The notes: generated by a model from the letters alone, not told the origin. DNA of 61,744 bases from Brevundimonas sp. (GCA_012270135.1 JAAXIW010000239.1:1-61744); one strand, 5' to 3'; positions 36,667 through 46,458 are shown, counted from the stretch's first letter. Numbers and translations: made by a program.

Positions 36667-38402
36667 GCGGCGACGCCGGCTATCTCCTCGTCGCCGACGC
36701 CGCGGACGCCCGCGATCCCGCCGTCGAGGCGGCCCTGGCGGCGCTACTGCGGAGCGGCTGGACCCTGCGGCTCGACGGCTTCGGTCTGAGGATTCTGACC
36801 GGACCGCGTTTCCCATGGCCCGTCGCGCAGGTTCATCGCGCCCATGCCCTGATCGGGGAATGGCGCGGGGAGGGCGCGCATCCTTCCGCGATCGCAGGCC
36901 GCTTCCCCGAAGGACGCCCGCTCGGCGCGGGCCTCATGAGCGAAGGCTGGGGCGCCTATCTGATGGTCTGGCGAGATCGCGACGGCCACCTGAACCTGGT
37001 GCGGGATCCGACCGGAGCGGTGGATGTGGTGTGGTGGCGGCGAGGTCCCGTCACCTTGGTGACCGACTGTCCTCCGCCGGCGCTCGACGCCGTCTTGCCG
37101 GACACGCTCGCGATCGACTGGCCACAACTGGGCGCCCTTCTGGCGACGCCTTCGCTTCTGACCGACGGATTGCCCCTCCAAGGTTTGACGCCGGTCGGCG
37201 CCGGTTGCTGGAGCCGGCCGGACCAAGACCTTCCCGACGAACCCCTGTGGCGGCCGACCGACTTCGTCCGTCGGGGCGCCGACGACGCCCCGGACGCTCT
37301 CGTGCGGGTCGTCGATCGCACCATCGACCGCACCATGCGCTCGCGTCGCCGGGTGGTCTCCGAACTCTCCGGGGGACTGGACTCGGCCATCGTGGCGGGA
37401 AGCCTGAGGGCGACGGGGCACGCCGAGCGCGCGGTCTTCATCAACTACTATGGCGACGACGCCGAAGGCGACGAGCGTCGTTACGCGGAGGCGGCCGCGG
37501 CGCTGAGCGGCGTTCCGCTCGAGACCGTTCGCAAGCCGGTCGAGGCGATCTCCGACGCGGACTTCACCACCCTGGCCTCCGGACTCCGTCCCGCCCTCCA
37601 AGGGGTGGACCCGGCCTATGATCGGCACGCCGCGGGCCGACTGGCGGCGCTGGGCGCCGACGGCCTGTTGACGGGACAGGGCGGCGACAGCGTCTTCTTC
37701 CAGGCCCCGGATCCCCTCGTCGCCGCCGACCGGTTCCGCCGCCAGGGCTTGCGCGCCCTCAATCCGGCCTATCTGGCGGCGGTGGGCCGCTGGACCCGCC
37801 ACTCCGCCTGGACCGTCGGCCGACTGGCGGTGCGCGGCCGGACGCAGACCGGATCGGGGCCGCGTCACCGGTGGCTCGACGACGCGGCCGAGCTTGCGCC
37901 CGCCAAGCGGGGGCAGCTGGAGCGGTTCGTGAACTGTCAGCTGTTCTGGACGGACTGTCTGAGGGCGCGCCAGGCCCCGCTGCTCAATCCCTTCCTCAGT
38001 CAGCCGGTCGTCGAACACTGCCTCGGCGTGCCGTCCGACCGGCTGACCCTGGGCGAACGGGACCGGGGCCTGGCCCGCCTGGCCTTCTCGGAGCGCCTGC
38101 CGCCCTTGATCGCCGAACGGCGGGACAAGGGCGATCTGAGCCACTTCTACGGCCAGGTCGTACGGGACAGCGCGCCGGCGCTCGCCGCCTTCCTCCTGGA
38201 GGGACGACTGGCGGCCCAGGGCGTCCTCGACCGGGCGACGCTCGAGGTTGATCTCGACCCGGCCCGCCTGCTCTGGCGCGAGGGCGCCAACGCCCCGTTG
38301 CTGGCCGCCGTCCTGGAGGCCTGGGCGCGCCACTGGGAGGGTCGGATCGCGCGTCGCCGGACCGAGGTAGCGCGCCAGCCAGTCGAGGATGTGGGCGTGT
38401 AG
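36663..38402 (+). CDS. Lasso cyclase C (asparagine synthetase-like)
   Basis: RDPTG, ELSGGLDSAIV, LTGQGGDSVF, PFLSQPVVE, RGLARLAF, RRDKG. Confidence 0.93.
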   Translation: MSGDAGYLLVADAADARDPAVEAALAALLRSGWTLRLDGFGLRILTGPRFPWPVAQVHRAHALIGEWRGEGAHPSAIAGRFPEGRPLGAGLMSEGWGAYLMVWRDRDGHLNLVRDPTGAVDVVWWRRGPVTLVTDCPPPALDAVLPDTLAIDWPQLGALLATPSLLTDGLPLQGLTPVGAGCWSRPDQDLPDEPLWRPTDFVRRGADDAPDALVRVVDRTIDRTMRSRRRVVSELSGGLDSAIVAGSLRATGHAERAVFINYYGDDAEGDERRYAEAAAALSGVPLETVRKPVEAISDADFTTLASGLRPALQGVDPAYDRHAAGRLAALGADGLLTGQGGDSVFFQAPDPLVAADRFRRQGLRALNPAYLAAVGRWTRHSAWTVGRLAVRGRTQTGSGPRHRWLDDAAELAPAKRGQLERFVNCQLFWTDCLRARQAPLLNPFLSQPVVEHCLGVPSDRLTLGERDRGLARLAFSERLPPLIAERRDKGDLSHFYGQVVRDSAPALAAFLLEGRLAAQGVLDRATLEVDLDPARLLWREGANAPLLAAVLEAWARHWEGRIARRRTEVARQPVEDVGV

Positions 38403-40715
38403 GTCGCGCAGGTTGCCGGGGCTGGCGAGCACATGGCCCTCGCCATAGTAGGTCAGCAGAGCCGCGTCCCGGTTTAGTCGGTAGAGGACGCCGAACAACT
38501 TGCCCATGCGCGGCCGCTCCAGATCGCTTTCGATCAGCAGGGCCGGCGCCCGCAGGTCCGCCGCCGAGAACAGCGGGCTCATCTCGACATAGCGGGCGGC
38601 GTCCGCCGGGAAGGCGCCGATCGCCGCCTGGCCTGTCTCCGCCCAGCCGGACAGCTGGCCGATGGGCACGCCCTCGTCGGGTGCGGAGCGGAAGAAGGGC
38701 GGCAGTTCGAAGGCGCTGATCAGGTCGGCGTAGCCGTTGGAGGCGATCACCGCCGCGACCCGGTCGCTGTGGGGCGCCGCGTTGAGCACATTGAAGGCCC
38801 CGTAGCTGTGACCGAGCAGGGCGTAGCGGTCGGCCCGGACCCGGCCAGTGGCGCCGGCCGCATCGGCGATGGCGTCGATCTGCGCGGCAAGGGCCGCGCC
38901 GGACCAGCGCCCATCCGGCGGGTTCGGCAGGCTGACATAGAGAACCGCATAGCCGCCCCCGGCGATGACCGCCGGATTGTTCTGGAGCATGGCGGAGCGG
39001 CGCGTGAGCGGTGACGGCGGACGCGACGAGACGCGGCCGGGGTAGACCTCGACGACCAGCGGCGCCTTGACCCCTTCCGGCAATCCCGGCGGCAGGAGCA
39101 GCCAGCTCTTCAGCGCCTGGCCGGCAGGACCGGTGTGCGCAACTTCGATGATTTCGCCCCAGTCGAAGGTCGCGCGATCGAGGTTGATCTCCGCCAGGGT
39201 CAGGCCGGCGTCGGCGCGATGGAGCCGGAAACGGGCGGATCCGTCGGCGGAGTCCTGACGGGCGACGACGAAGGCGCCGTCAGGGCTGGAGGCGACGCGG
39301 GTTTCATCCGGTTCCAGCGGCGAGACGCAGACCGGCGCCGCGTCGATCGCGGCCTTGGCGCAGCCGTCGCTGATCAGGGTGCGGCCGGGGGTCGCCTCGC
39401 GCACATAGGCGGCGCGGAAGCCGGCGTCGCGAGCCTCGCCGAGGTCGCTGATCCGGCCGGCGACGTCCGGGCCTCCGTTCAGGGACAGAAGCCGGTCGCC
39501 GCGCTCGATACGGGTCTCGCCGTTCCAGTCGACGAGCCGATCGCCCGTCTGGGCCGGGATCGGCGCGAGACCGCCCGGCACGCGCCATTGGGCGACGCCG
39601 GCGTCATCCAGGACCCGGAGCACGGGCGTGTCGCCGAGCCAGCCGCCCAGCGCCACCGGTTCGTCCCACGGGCTTCGCTCCGTCGCCGGCTTGTCCGCGA
39701 ACCTGGAGACCAAGCCGTCCAGCCCGATCGCGACATAGGCGCCGGACCGCTCGAAGCCGGCTTGGCCCACGTGGCGCGCGAAGGCGAGAAGCCGACGGCT
39801 GTCGGGGCTCCACGCCATCAGATAGGGGCCGTAATCGAGAGCGGGGTCGATCCGGGTTTCGGCGCCGGTGTCGATGTCGATCAGGCGCAGGGCGCGTCGG
39901 CGGATCGGGTCGCCGACCAGGACCGGGCGATCGGGATCGGGCTGCAGATCCTCGCGGTCCTCCAGCACGGCGATACGGGCGCCGTCCGGCGACAGGGCGA
40001 GATCGAAGATCGCACCCGCGGCGAGCGGCGTCTGCGCGCCGCTACGCACATCCAGGCGGAGGAGCGACAACGGTGGGCGATGTTCGCGGGTGTCGCGGGC
40101 CGAGCCGCTCGGAATGAAGGTGCCGCCGACGGATCGGCCGGACGCTGTCGCCGCCCAGAGCGCCGCGATACGGTCCTGGGCCTGGAAGCCGGTGCGGGCG
40201 ATCTCGGGCAGCTGTCCGCCCGGCTGCACGACGACGAGCAGTTCGTCGACGGTTCGCCAGAGCGCCGTCAGCCCGAGCCGCGGGTCTTCCGGCGCGAGCG
40301 CGGTCCAACGGACCGCGCCGGTCTCGAGCGACAGGACGCCCAGCCGCCAGCTGTCCGGCGTCAGCTCGTAGACGATCAGCCGGCGACCGTCGGGCGAGAA
40401 CCGTCCAGCCGTATAGCCGGCGGAATGGTCCGGGGTCTCCAGGGTGCGGACGACCTCGCCAAAGCGCGCGTCCACGATCTGGACGGCGCTGAGGAGGCGG
40501 TCGGTGTCCCTGGACAGCTTGTAGGAGGGCGCGCGGTCGTAGCGCGCCCGGCGTTCCAGCGCGATCCAGCGGCCGTCCGGACTGACGCGCGCATCGCCGA
40601 GACTCTCCTGACGCAGCAGGGCGTCGATGGTGAAAGGGCCGGAGGACTGGGCGAGCGCGGGACAAGCGAAGGCGAGCCCGGCCGCAAGGCCGAGCATCAG
40701 AACTGTGCGGTGCAT
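36744..40715 (-). CDS. Lasso peptide isopeptidase (AtxE2-like S9 prolyl oligopeptidase family); catalytic domain ends near 38361 but the frame is open to 36744
   Basis: Signal peptide, SPDG propeller repeats, GHSYG nucleophile, YYGEGH catalytic His; convergent with the cyclase. Confidence 0.85.
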   Translation of the reverse strand: MHRTVLMLGLAAGLAFACPALAQSSGPFTIDALLRQESLGDARVSPDGRWIALERRARYDRAPSYKLSRDTDRLLSAVQIVDARFGEVVRTLETPDHSAGYTAGRFSPDGRRLIVYELTPDSWRLGVLSLETGAVRWTALAPEDPRLGLTALWRTVDELLVVVQPGGQLPEIARTGFQAQDRIAALWAATASGRSVGGTFIPSGSARDTREHRPPLSLLRLDVRSGAQTPLAAGAIFDLALSPDGARIAVLEDREDLQPDPDRPVLVGDPIRRRALRLIDIDTGAETRIDPALDYGPYLMAWSPDSRRLLAFARHVGQAGFERSGAYVAIGLDGLVSRFADKPATERSPWDEPVALGGWLGDTPVLRVLDDAGVAQWRVPGGLAPIPAQTGDRLVDWNGETRIERGDRLLSLNGGPDVAGRISDLGEARDAGFRAAYVREATPGRTLISDGCAKAAIDAAPVCVSPLEPDETRVASSPDGAFVVARQDSADGSARFRLHRADAGLTLAEINLDRATFDWGEIIEVAHTGPAGQALKSWLLLPPGLPEGVKAPLVVEVYPGRVSSRPPSPLTRRSAMLQNNPAVIAGGGYAVLYVSLPNPPDGRWSGAALAAQIDAIADAAGATGRVRADRYALLGHSYGAFNVLNAAPHSDRVAAVIASNGYADLISAFELPPFFRSAPDEGVPIGQLSGWAETGQAAIGAFPADAARYVEMSPLFSAADLRAPALLIESDLERPRMGKLFGVLYRLNRDAALLTYYGEGHVLASPGNLRDLHAHILDWLARYLGPATRDPTLPVARPGLQDGGQQRGVGALAPEQAGRVEINLERRPVEDALGRQSSLQEEGGERRRAVPYDLAVEVAQIALVPPFGDQGRQALREGQAGQAPVPFAQGQPVGRHAEAVFDDRLTEEGIEQRGLARPQTVRPEQLTVHEPLQLPPLGGRKLGRVVEPPVTRPRSGLRPAAHRQSADGPGGVAGPAAHRRQIGRIEGAQALAAEPVGGDEGIRGLEEDAVAALSRQQAVGAQRRQSARGVPIIGRVHPLEGGTESGGQGGEVRVGDRLDRLANGLERNAAQRRGRLRVTTLVAFGVVAIVVDEDRALGVPRRPQASRHDGRVQSPGEFGDHPATRAHGAVDGAIDDPHESVRGVVGAPTDEVGRPPQGFVGKVLVRPAPATGADRRQTLEGQSVGQKRRRRQKGAQLWPVDRERVRQDGVERRRRTVGHQGDGTSPPPHHIHRSGRIPHQVQVAVAISPDHQIGAPAFAHEARAERASFGEAACDRGRMRALPAPFPDQGMGAMNLRDGPWETRSGQNPQTEAVEPQGPAAPQ

Positions 40716-43672
40716 CACCAGCTCCGGGTCAGCTGGAGCGAGACGTAGCGGCCGATGACGTCCGAGTTCGCCGCGTCATAGGCCACGCCTTCGGGCGCGT
40801 CGTAGAAGGGCGGATCACGGTCAAAGAGGTTCTGGATCGTCAGGGCGACGGCCGTCCCGGCGAACGGACCCGTCTCCGGCGCATAGCGCACCTGAAGATC
40901 GGCCGTGGTCCAGGAGCCGATGCGACGCCCGGAGGTGTCGGCGTAGTCGGAGACATGATCCACCGCTCCGCCGAGGGTGAGCGGGCCCCTCGTCCAGCTG
41001 AGATGGGTGCGACCCCGCAGGCCCACGGGATAGTTCGGTCGATCCAGCTGGGAGACCACGGGGGAGGTGGGCGTGGCCCGGGCGTCGAAGCGCTCCAGCC
41101 AGGTCAGGCTGCTGGTCAGATCGAAGGCGTCAGGGCCGACCGCGAAGGCGTAGGCGACCGTGAGGTCGGCGCCCTGGACCTGGACGCTGGCGGTGTTGAC
41201 GTAGCGGGCGTCGACGATGGCGCCGTAATCGGTGGCCGGGAACAGGTCACGCAGGTTGGTGGTCGGCAAATCGAGGATCGCCTGCATGTCGGCGCGATCC
41301 TGGGCGTTGTTGGCCGGATCGATGATCCGAACGAACGGGCTCAGGGTGGTGTCGCTCAGCGCGGTGAGGATGTTCTCCAGAGCCGGTTGGCCGATCCGGT
41401 TCTCGAAATCCGTGCGGAAGGCGTTGACGCTGATCCGGAGACCCTGAACCGAGGCGGGCTCGAAATCGCCCCCAACCGTCCAGGTGTCGGCGGTTTCGGG
41501 CTCCAGATCCGGATTGCCGCCATACAGGATCATGGTCAGGATCTGGTTGGGTCCGCGGGGCAGGATCGAGGGACTGGCCGTCGCCGCGTCATTCACCTCG
41601 CGCAGGGCCGGCGCCCGGAAGGACCGGCCGTAGTTGGCCCGCAGGCGCGCGCCCGCCATGGGTTCCCAGACCAGACCGACCTTGGGGCTCGTCGTCTGAC
41701 CGACATCGCCATAGTCCTCGAACCGGGCCGCCAGCGACAGTTCGAGCCGTTCCAGTCCCGGACGGCTGTTGCCGGCCCCGAACAGGGGAATCCGCGCCTC
41801 CGCATAGACCGCCGCCACGTCGCGCTCGCTGGCGTTCAGCGCGCCCAGGACGGGCGCGATGCCGGAGGTGAAACTGTCCACCTTGCGGTCGAAATTCTCG
41901 CGCCGGAGCGCCGCCCCGACCGCGAGTTTCAACGGGCCGCCGGGCAGCTCCAACAGGTCGCCGTCCAGCATCACGTTCGCCGTGGTGATGCGGCTCTCGC
42001 TCCACAGATGGGTCCAGCCGCCCGTGATGAAGTCCAGCGCGGCCTGCGGATTGACGTTCCCCGCCCCGAACGGATTGAGAAAGCCGTCCCTGGCGGCGCT
42101 GTAGCCCGTGGCCGGATTGTCCGCCAAGGCGCCCAGCGCCTCGCGCAGATAGGTCGATTGCAGCGTGCCCGACGACCCGAAGCCGGCTTCTTCCGCGCCG
42201 TAGGCGAGATAGCTCGACAACCGCCACGAGCCGCCCAGGTCGAGATCGGCGCCGATCGTCGCGGACAGGGTCTCGACCTCCCCGGATTGCACCGGGTTGG
42301 GCGTCTGACCGGCGAAGGAATAGGCGATCAGGTGCGAATTCGCGCCCGTCGGGGATTCGAAGAAGGGGTTATTGCGGTTGACGGTCAGCAGCGTGGCGAT
42401 CGGCGACGATCGGGTCTCATAGTCGCGCCGGGCCCAGCGCGCGTCGCCGGACAGGGTCAGCCGGCCGCCGAGATCCTGCCGTCCCGCCAGATAGGCGATA
42501 TGGCGGGTCTGCCGCGGAAAGACGTTCATGCCGAACCGCTGATTGGTGCGGTTCTCCTGCCCCGGCAGGAAATCGCCCGGAGCCAGGTTGGTCCCGTCCT
42601 GACCGCCCGGGATGGCGAAGGCGGAGACATAGGCGCCCGACGCCGGGTCGATCACCATGATGTTGCCGGGGTTGCTGTAGTTCAGTCGGCGATCCGATCC
42701 GCCGAAGCGGCGCAGATCGGCGTCACCCGCGCGATCGCGTTCGGCCGCGGGCAGGGCTTCGCGGTCCTGGTATTCGTAGACGCCCATAAGACTGCCGCTG
42801 CCCCATCGCCGCCCGATCGTCTGGGCGAACAGGACATCGGAGAAGGCGCCGTCGGCGGCCGTGCCGTAGCGCGCTCTGGTCTCGGCGCCGTCGTAGTCGT
42901 CACGCAGGACCACATTGATGACCCCGCCCACGGCGTCGGCGCCGTAGAGAGCCGAGGCTCCGTCGAGCAGGACGTCGATCCGCTCAACGGCGGCCGTCGG
43001 AATCGACGAGACGTCGGCGAAATCGCCCTTGGAGCCGGTCCCGGCGATCCGCCGGCCGTTGACCAACACCAGGGTCGCGTCGCTGCCGAGGCCGCGCAGG
43101 TTCACCCCATTGGAGTAGTTGGCGTTGGTGCCGCTGCGGTCGCCGCCGTTGCTGAGGGTGGCGTCATTGGCGGTGCCTGCGAAATTCTGCGGCAGCGCCG
43201 CCAGGGCTTGAGCGACGGTCGCGTGGCCGTCGCGATCAATCTGGTCGCGGCTGACGACCACCACCGGCGAGGGGCCGTCGAGCACCCCGCGCAGCAGGCT
43301 GCCCGTGACGACGACCTCGTCCAGCTGGACGGCTTCCAGCTGTTCGGCCTCGGCGCGTTGCGACGGGTCGATGAGGACGAACACATTGGGCCGGCTCCGT
43401 CGATAGGTCAGGCCGGTGTCGCGCAGGAGCAGCGCCAGCGCCGTCTCGACGGAATAGTCGCCCGAAAGTGACGCCGAGGCCCGGTCCGCCACCAGGGCGC
43501 TCGGATAGAGGATCTGCTGACCGCTCTGGCGAGCGAAGGCGGGGAGGGTGCGCGCCAGCGGCCCTGCCGGGATGTCGAAGCGACGCGCGGACTCGGCCTG
43601 CTGGGCGCAGACCGGCGTCGCCGACGCCATCAGAAGCGCCGCGAGCGCCGTTGAAGTGAAGCCCTGTCTCAT
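40715..43672 (-). CDS. TonB-dependent receptor/transducer with N-terminal STN signalling domain
   Basis: FDIPAGPL..FARQSG STN, EVVVTGS, NLRGLG, DGASALYGADAVGGVIN, GNPDLEPE, C-terminal W. Confidence 0.93.
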   Translation of the reverse strand: MRQGFTSTALAALLMASATPVCAQQAESARRFDIPAGPLARTLPAFARQSGQQILYPSALVADRASASLSGDYSVETALALLLRDTGLTYRRSRPNVFVLIDPSQRAEAEQLEAVQLDEVVVTGSLLRGVLDGPSPVVVVSRDQIDRDGHATVAQALAALPQNFAGTANDATLSNGGDRSGTNANYSNGVNLRGLGSDATLVLVNGRRIAGTGSKGDFADVSSIPTAAVERIDVLLDGASALYGADAVGGVINVVLRDDYDGAETRARYGTAADGAFSDVLFAQTIGRRWGSGSLMGVYEYQDREALPAAERDRAGDADLRRFGGSDRRLNYSNPGNIMVIDPASGAYVSAFAIPGGQDGTNLAPGDFLPGQENRTNQRFGMNVFPRQTRHIAYLAGRQDLGGRLTLSGDARWARRDYETRSSPIATLLTVNRNNPFFESPTGANSHLIAYSFAGQTPNPVQSGEVETLSATIGADLDLGGSWRLSSYLAYGAEEAGFGSSGTLQSTYLREALGALADNPATGYSAARDGFLNPFGAGNVNPQAALDFITGGWTHLWSESRITTANVMLDGDLLELPGGPLKLAVGAALRRENFDRKVDSFTSGIAPVLGALNASERDVAAVYAEARIPLFGAGNSRPGLERLELSLAARFEDYGDVGQTTSPKVGLVWEPMAGARLRANYGRSFRAPALREVNDAATASPSILPRGPNQILTMILYGGNPDLEPETADTWTVGGDFEPASVQGLRISVNAFRTDFENRIGQPALENILTALSDTTLSPFVRIIDPANNAQDRADMQAILDLPTTNLRDLFPATDYGAIVDARYVNTASVQVQGADLTVAYAFAVGPDAFDLTSSLTWLERFDARATPTSPVVSQLDRPNYPVGLRGRTHLSWTRGPLTLGGAVDHVSDYADTSGRRIGSWTTADLQVRYAPETGPFAGTAVALTIQNLFDRDPPFYDAPEGVAYDAANSDVIGRYVSLQLTRSW

Positions 43673-43736
43673 GTGTCTCCCCCGGTTTCTTATCCGCATT
43701 GATGCGGGACCGGGAGGAGACGACCGGTCGCGGGCC

Positions 43737-44744
43737 TTACCCTAAGTCCGGGGTCAGATTATTTTTCGATGCGCCCGAAAGCACCACATGACCGTCCTCG
43801 GCCCGTTCGGCGGTGAGCGGATAGAGGTCGCGCAGCGCCGCCACGAAACCCTCGACGTCGCCGGCGTCGAACACCCCGCTCACCCGGATGGAGGAAATGT
43901 CCCCGGCGCGCAGTTCGATCGGATGACGGGTGTAGCGGTTGACCTCAGCCACGGCGACGCCGATCGGCGTTTCGTGGAAGGTCAGTCGGCCCGCCGCCCA
44001 GCTGGTCGCCGCGGGTAGATCGGTCGTGACCACCCGGGGTCGGGGGACGGACGTCACCAGCTGCTGTCCCGGCTGCATCGACCAGCGCCGGTCCGCCTGT
44101 TCGCCCTCGCGCACATCGACCCGGCCCTCGACAAGCACCACGCGTGCGCCCGTCCCGAAGCGCCGGACGTCGAAGCTCGTGCCCAAGGCCGTAACCTCGG
44201 TGTCGCCGGCCTTGACGACGAACGGCCGGTCCGGGTCGCCCTCAACGTCGAACCGGGCCTGGCCCGTGACGAGGGTGACCAGCCGGCGGCCCCCGGTCAG
44301 GCGAACGTCGATCCTGGAGTCCGTGTCGAGCGTGATCGTCGAGCCGTCGGCCAGTTGAACGACGCGGCGTTCGCCGACCTGGGTGAGATAGGGGGTCGGC
44401 TGCTGCGCTGACCACAACCACCAGCCCACGGACAGGGCCGCGATCGCGGCGCCGACGGCGCCGACGGGGGCGAGAACACCGAGCAGGCGGGGGCGGGCCC
44501 TGCGGCGGGAGGCGGCGCGGGTCCGGGCGTCCGCCGAAAGCGCGGCCATCTCGGGTTGGTCGGCCAGGGTGCGACTCGCGTCCCACATCGCCTGCATGCG
44601 GTCGAAGCTCTCGGCGTTCCTGGAGTCCCGTCGCCAGGCGCTGAAGGCCTTCACGTCCGCCGTGGTGACCTTGCGCTGGTTGAGCCGCGCGAACCAGTCG
44701 GTGGTCTCCTTGCGTCTGATGTCGGCGTCAGCCTCGGTCGTCAT
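43737..44744 (-). CDS. fecR: FecR-family anti-sigma factor
   Basis: DWFARL, TM segment, TQVGERRVVQLADGS, VTALGTSFDV, AEVNRY, VSGVF. Confidence 0.92.
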   Translation of the reverse strand: MTTEADADIRRKETTDWFARLNQRKVTTADVKAFSAWRRDSRNAESFDRMQAMWDASRTLADQPEMAALSADARTRAASRRRARPRLLGVLAPVGAVGAAIAALSVGWWLWSAQQPTPYLTQVGERRVVQLADGSTITLDTDSRIDVRLTGGRRLVTLVTGQARFDVEGDPDRPFVVKAGDTEVTALGTSFDVRRFGTGARVVLVEGRVDVREGEQADRRWSMQPGQQLVTSVPRPRVVTTDLPAATSWAAGRLTFHETPIGVAVAEVNRYTRHPIELRAGDISSIRVSGVFDAGDVEGFVAALRDLYPLTAERAEDGHVVLSGASKNNLTPDLG

Positions 44745-44754
44745 CAGTCTTCGC

Positions 44755-45240
44755 CTAAAGGTCCAGCCGCAGCGCGCAGTAGTCGAGCGCCTTGGACATC
44801 CGCCACTCCACCGTCTTGACGCTGATCTCGAGCTCCTTGGCGATCTCGGGATACGTCATACCGTCAAAGCGGCTCAAGACGAAGACGTCGCGGTAGAGTT
44901 GCGGCATGGATCGTATGATCTGGGCGAGCAGAACCTGATCGAACTGGGGCGCGCCTTCGGATTCGGGGGATTGGAGGTCGGCGTCGCTTGGCCGACGGCG
45001 CCTATGTTTGGCGTCATCGCGCACCAGATTGAGGGCGACCCGGAGCAGGAAGGCGCGGGGATGGGCGATCCCGCCGTCGGCGAAGGGCGCGATGCGGATA
45101 TAGGTTTCCTGCACGACGTCGGCCGCATCGTCCGGACCGATCCGAGCCCGGAGGCGACGGTTCAACCACGCAGCGTAGCGGCGGTACAGGCCGTCCAGGC
45201 CGCCGCCGACCTCCGCTTGCAATGGCTTCGCTTCGCTCAC
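44755..45240 (-). CDS. fecI: ECF sigma factor (FecI-like)
   Basis: AADVVQETYIR region 2; VFVLSRFDGMTYPEIAKELEISVKTVE region 4; probable GTG start. Confidence 0.9.
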   Translation of the reverse strand: MSEAKPLQAEVGGGLDGLYRRYAAWLNRRLRARIGPDDAADVVQETYIRIAPFADGGIAHPRAFLLRVALNLVRDDAKHRRRRPSDADLQSPESEGAPQFDQVLLAQIIRSMPQLYRDVFVLSRFDGMTYPEIAKELEISVKTVEWRMSKALDYCALRLDL

Positions 45241-45721
45241 CCTGCCTCTCCGACCGCAATTCAGACGGCTGGAATCCGGGGCGCGAACGGACAGCCGGGC
45301 GCAGGCGCTCACACGCCTGACACGGTGATCCGGTCAGCGACAGCCACGCCGCGCGTGGGTCGTCGAAGAAGATATCGCACAGGGGATTCCAAGCCCCTGC
45401 CGACGCGTAGGTCGGCCTTGGCGAGCATGAATCAAACGAAATCCCGACGCAAGCGGGAGGGGTCGGGCGTTGGAATCCTCTGCGAACGAGGCCCGTTACT
45501 TCAGCGCGCAGCGCCGCCTCCGTCAGCGACGAACCCCGGCTCCGGCTGTGCGCCTATCTCGCGGCGCCCGACGGCCCCGCTGTAGTCGCGACCTGTCTGC
45601 GGTTCAACCGGCGGGGAGGCTTCCGTCCCGCAAGAAACCTGCGGGCGACCCGCAATTCATCGACGTTGCCCGGGCGCGAACCCGCCGTGTACGGAGGGAG
45701 TCGGACAACCGGTGGTGTAAT

Positions 45722-45964
45722 ATGGAAGCTGTATCCGAAGATCCGGGCCGTGGATCGCACGCGGTCACCCTGAGCCCGCGCGAACAGGAATGTCTGCAAT
45801 GGGTCTGTCGCGGGAAAAGCTCTTCCGACATCGGAATCATTCTGTCGCTGTCGCCCCGCACCGTGGACAGCTATCTTGAGAAGGCCTGCTCCAAACTCCG
45901 GGTCCGGACCCGGATCGAAGCGGTCGCCTCGGCGGTCCGGCAAGGTCTGATCGACCCGGGATGA
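45722..45964 (+). CDS. Stand-alone LuxR-type HTH regulator
   Basis: LSPREQECLQWVCRGKSSSDIGIILSLSPRTVDSYLEKACSKL. Confidence 0.85.
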   Translation: MEAVSEDPGRGSHAVTLSPREQECLQWVCRGKSSSDIGIILSLSPRTVDSYLEKACSKLRVRTRIEAVASAVRQGLIDPG

Positions 45965-46158
45965 GGGGAGGGGGCGGGCCAGGAACTTCTGTGATGAAGC
46001 CCGGCGTTTCGCCGCCGATCGCCGCCGACGTTTGCACGTCCCCTGGCTCTTGATCGGCGCCTATCGTTCCCGGAACCCGCCGCCGGCGAGTCTAGATCGG
46101 CCAGCCCAAGCGCGCCAGCCGGGCTTGACCCCCGGCAGCAGTGGAGCAAGACACCCAG

Positions 46159-46458
46159 ATGGCTAAATACGCGCCGCTCGCAGCCTTTCTCCGACGTCAG
46201 AAGAGCGCCGAGGTGGACCTGTCCTTTCGGGACATCGAGCGGATCGTCGGCGGCATTTTGCCCAAGGCGGCGTCGCTGGAGGTTTGGTGGCGCGTGGATA
46301 CGGCGAGGGCGCCGATGCCCCAGCATCTCGCCTTCGCCGAGGCGGGTTTCGTCGCTGAACCGCGGACGCGGGCCGAGACCGTCCGTTTCATCCGGATTGC
46401 GGCAGGCGGCGCCCCAGGGAGCGAGGCGCGGCTCAGCGCGGCGAAGACCGAGAGTTGA
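46159..46458 (+). CDS. Small conserved hypothetical protein (MAKYAPL...LSFRDIE...WW type)
   Basis: Close paralog of 53417-53806. Confidence 0.75.
   Translation: MAKYAPLAAFLRRQKSAEVDLSFRDIERIVGGILPKAASLEVWWRVDTARAPMPQHLAFAEAGFVAEPRTRAETVRFIRIAAGGAPGSEARLSAAKTES

Noticed and set aside
40955-43471. 838-aa plus-strand ORF and similar long antisense ORFs (55598-57325, 59896-61395, 49988-51736, 13650-15077)
   Set aside because: Antisense shadows of well-supported genes in high-GC DNA, with no recognisable motifs
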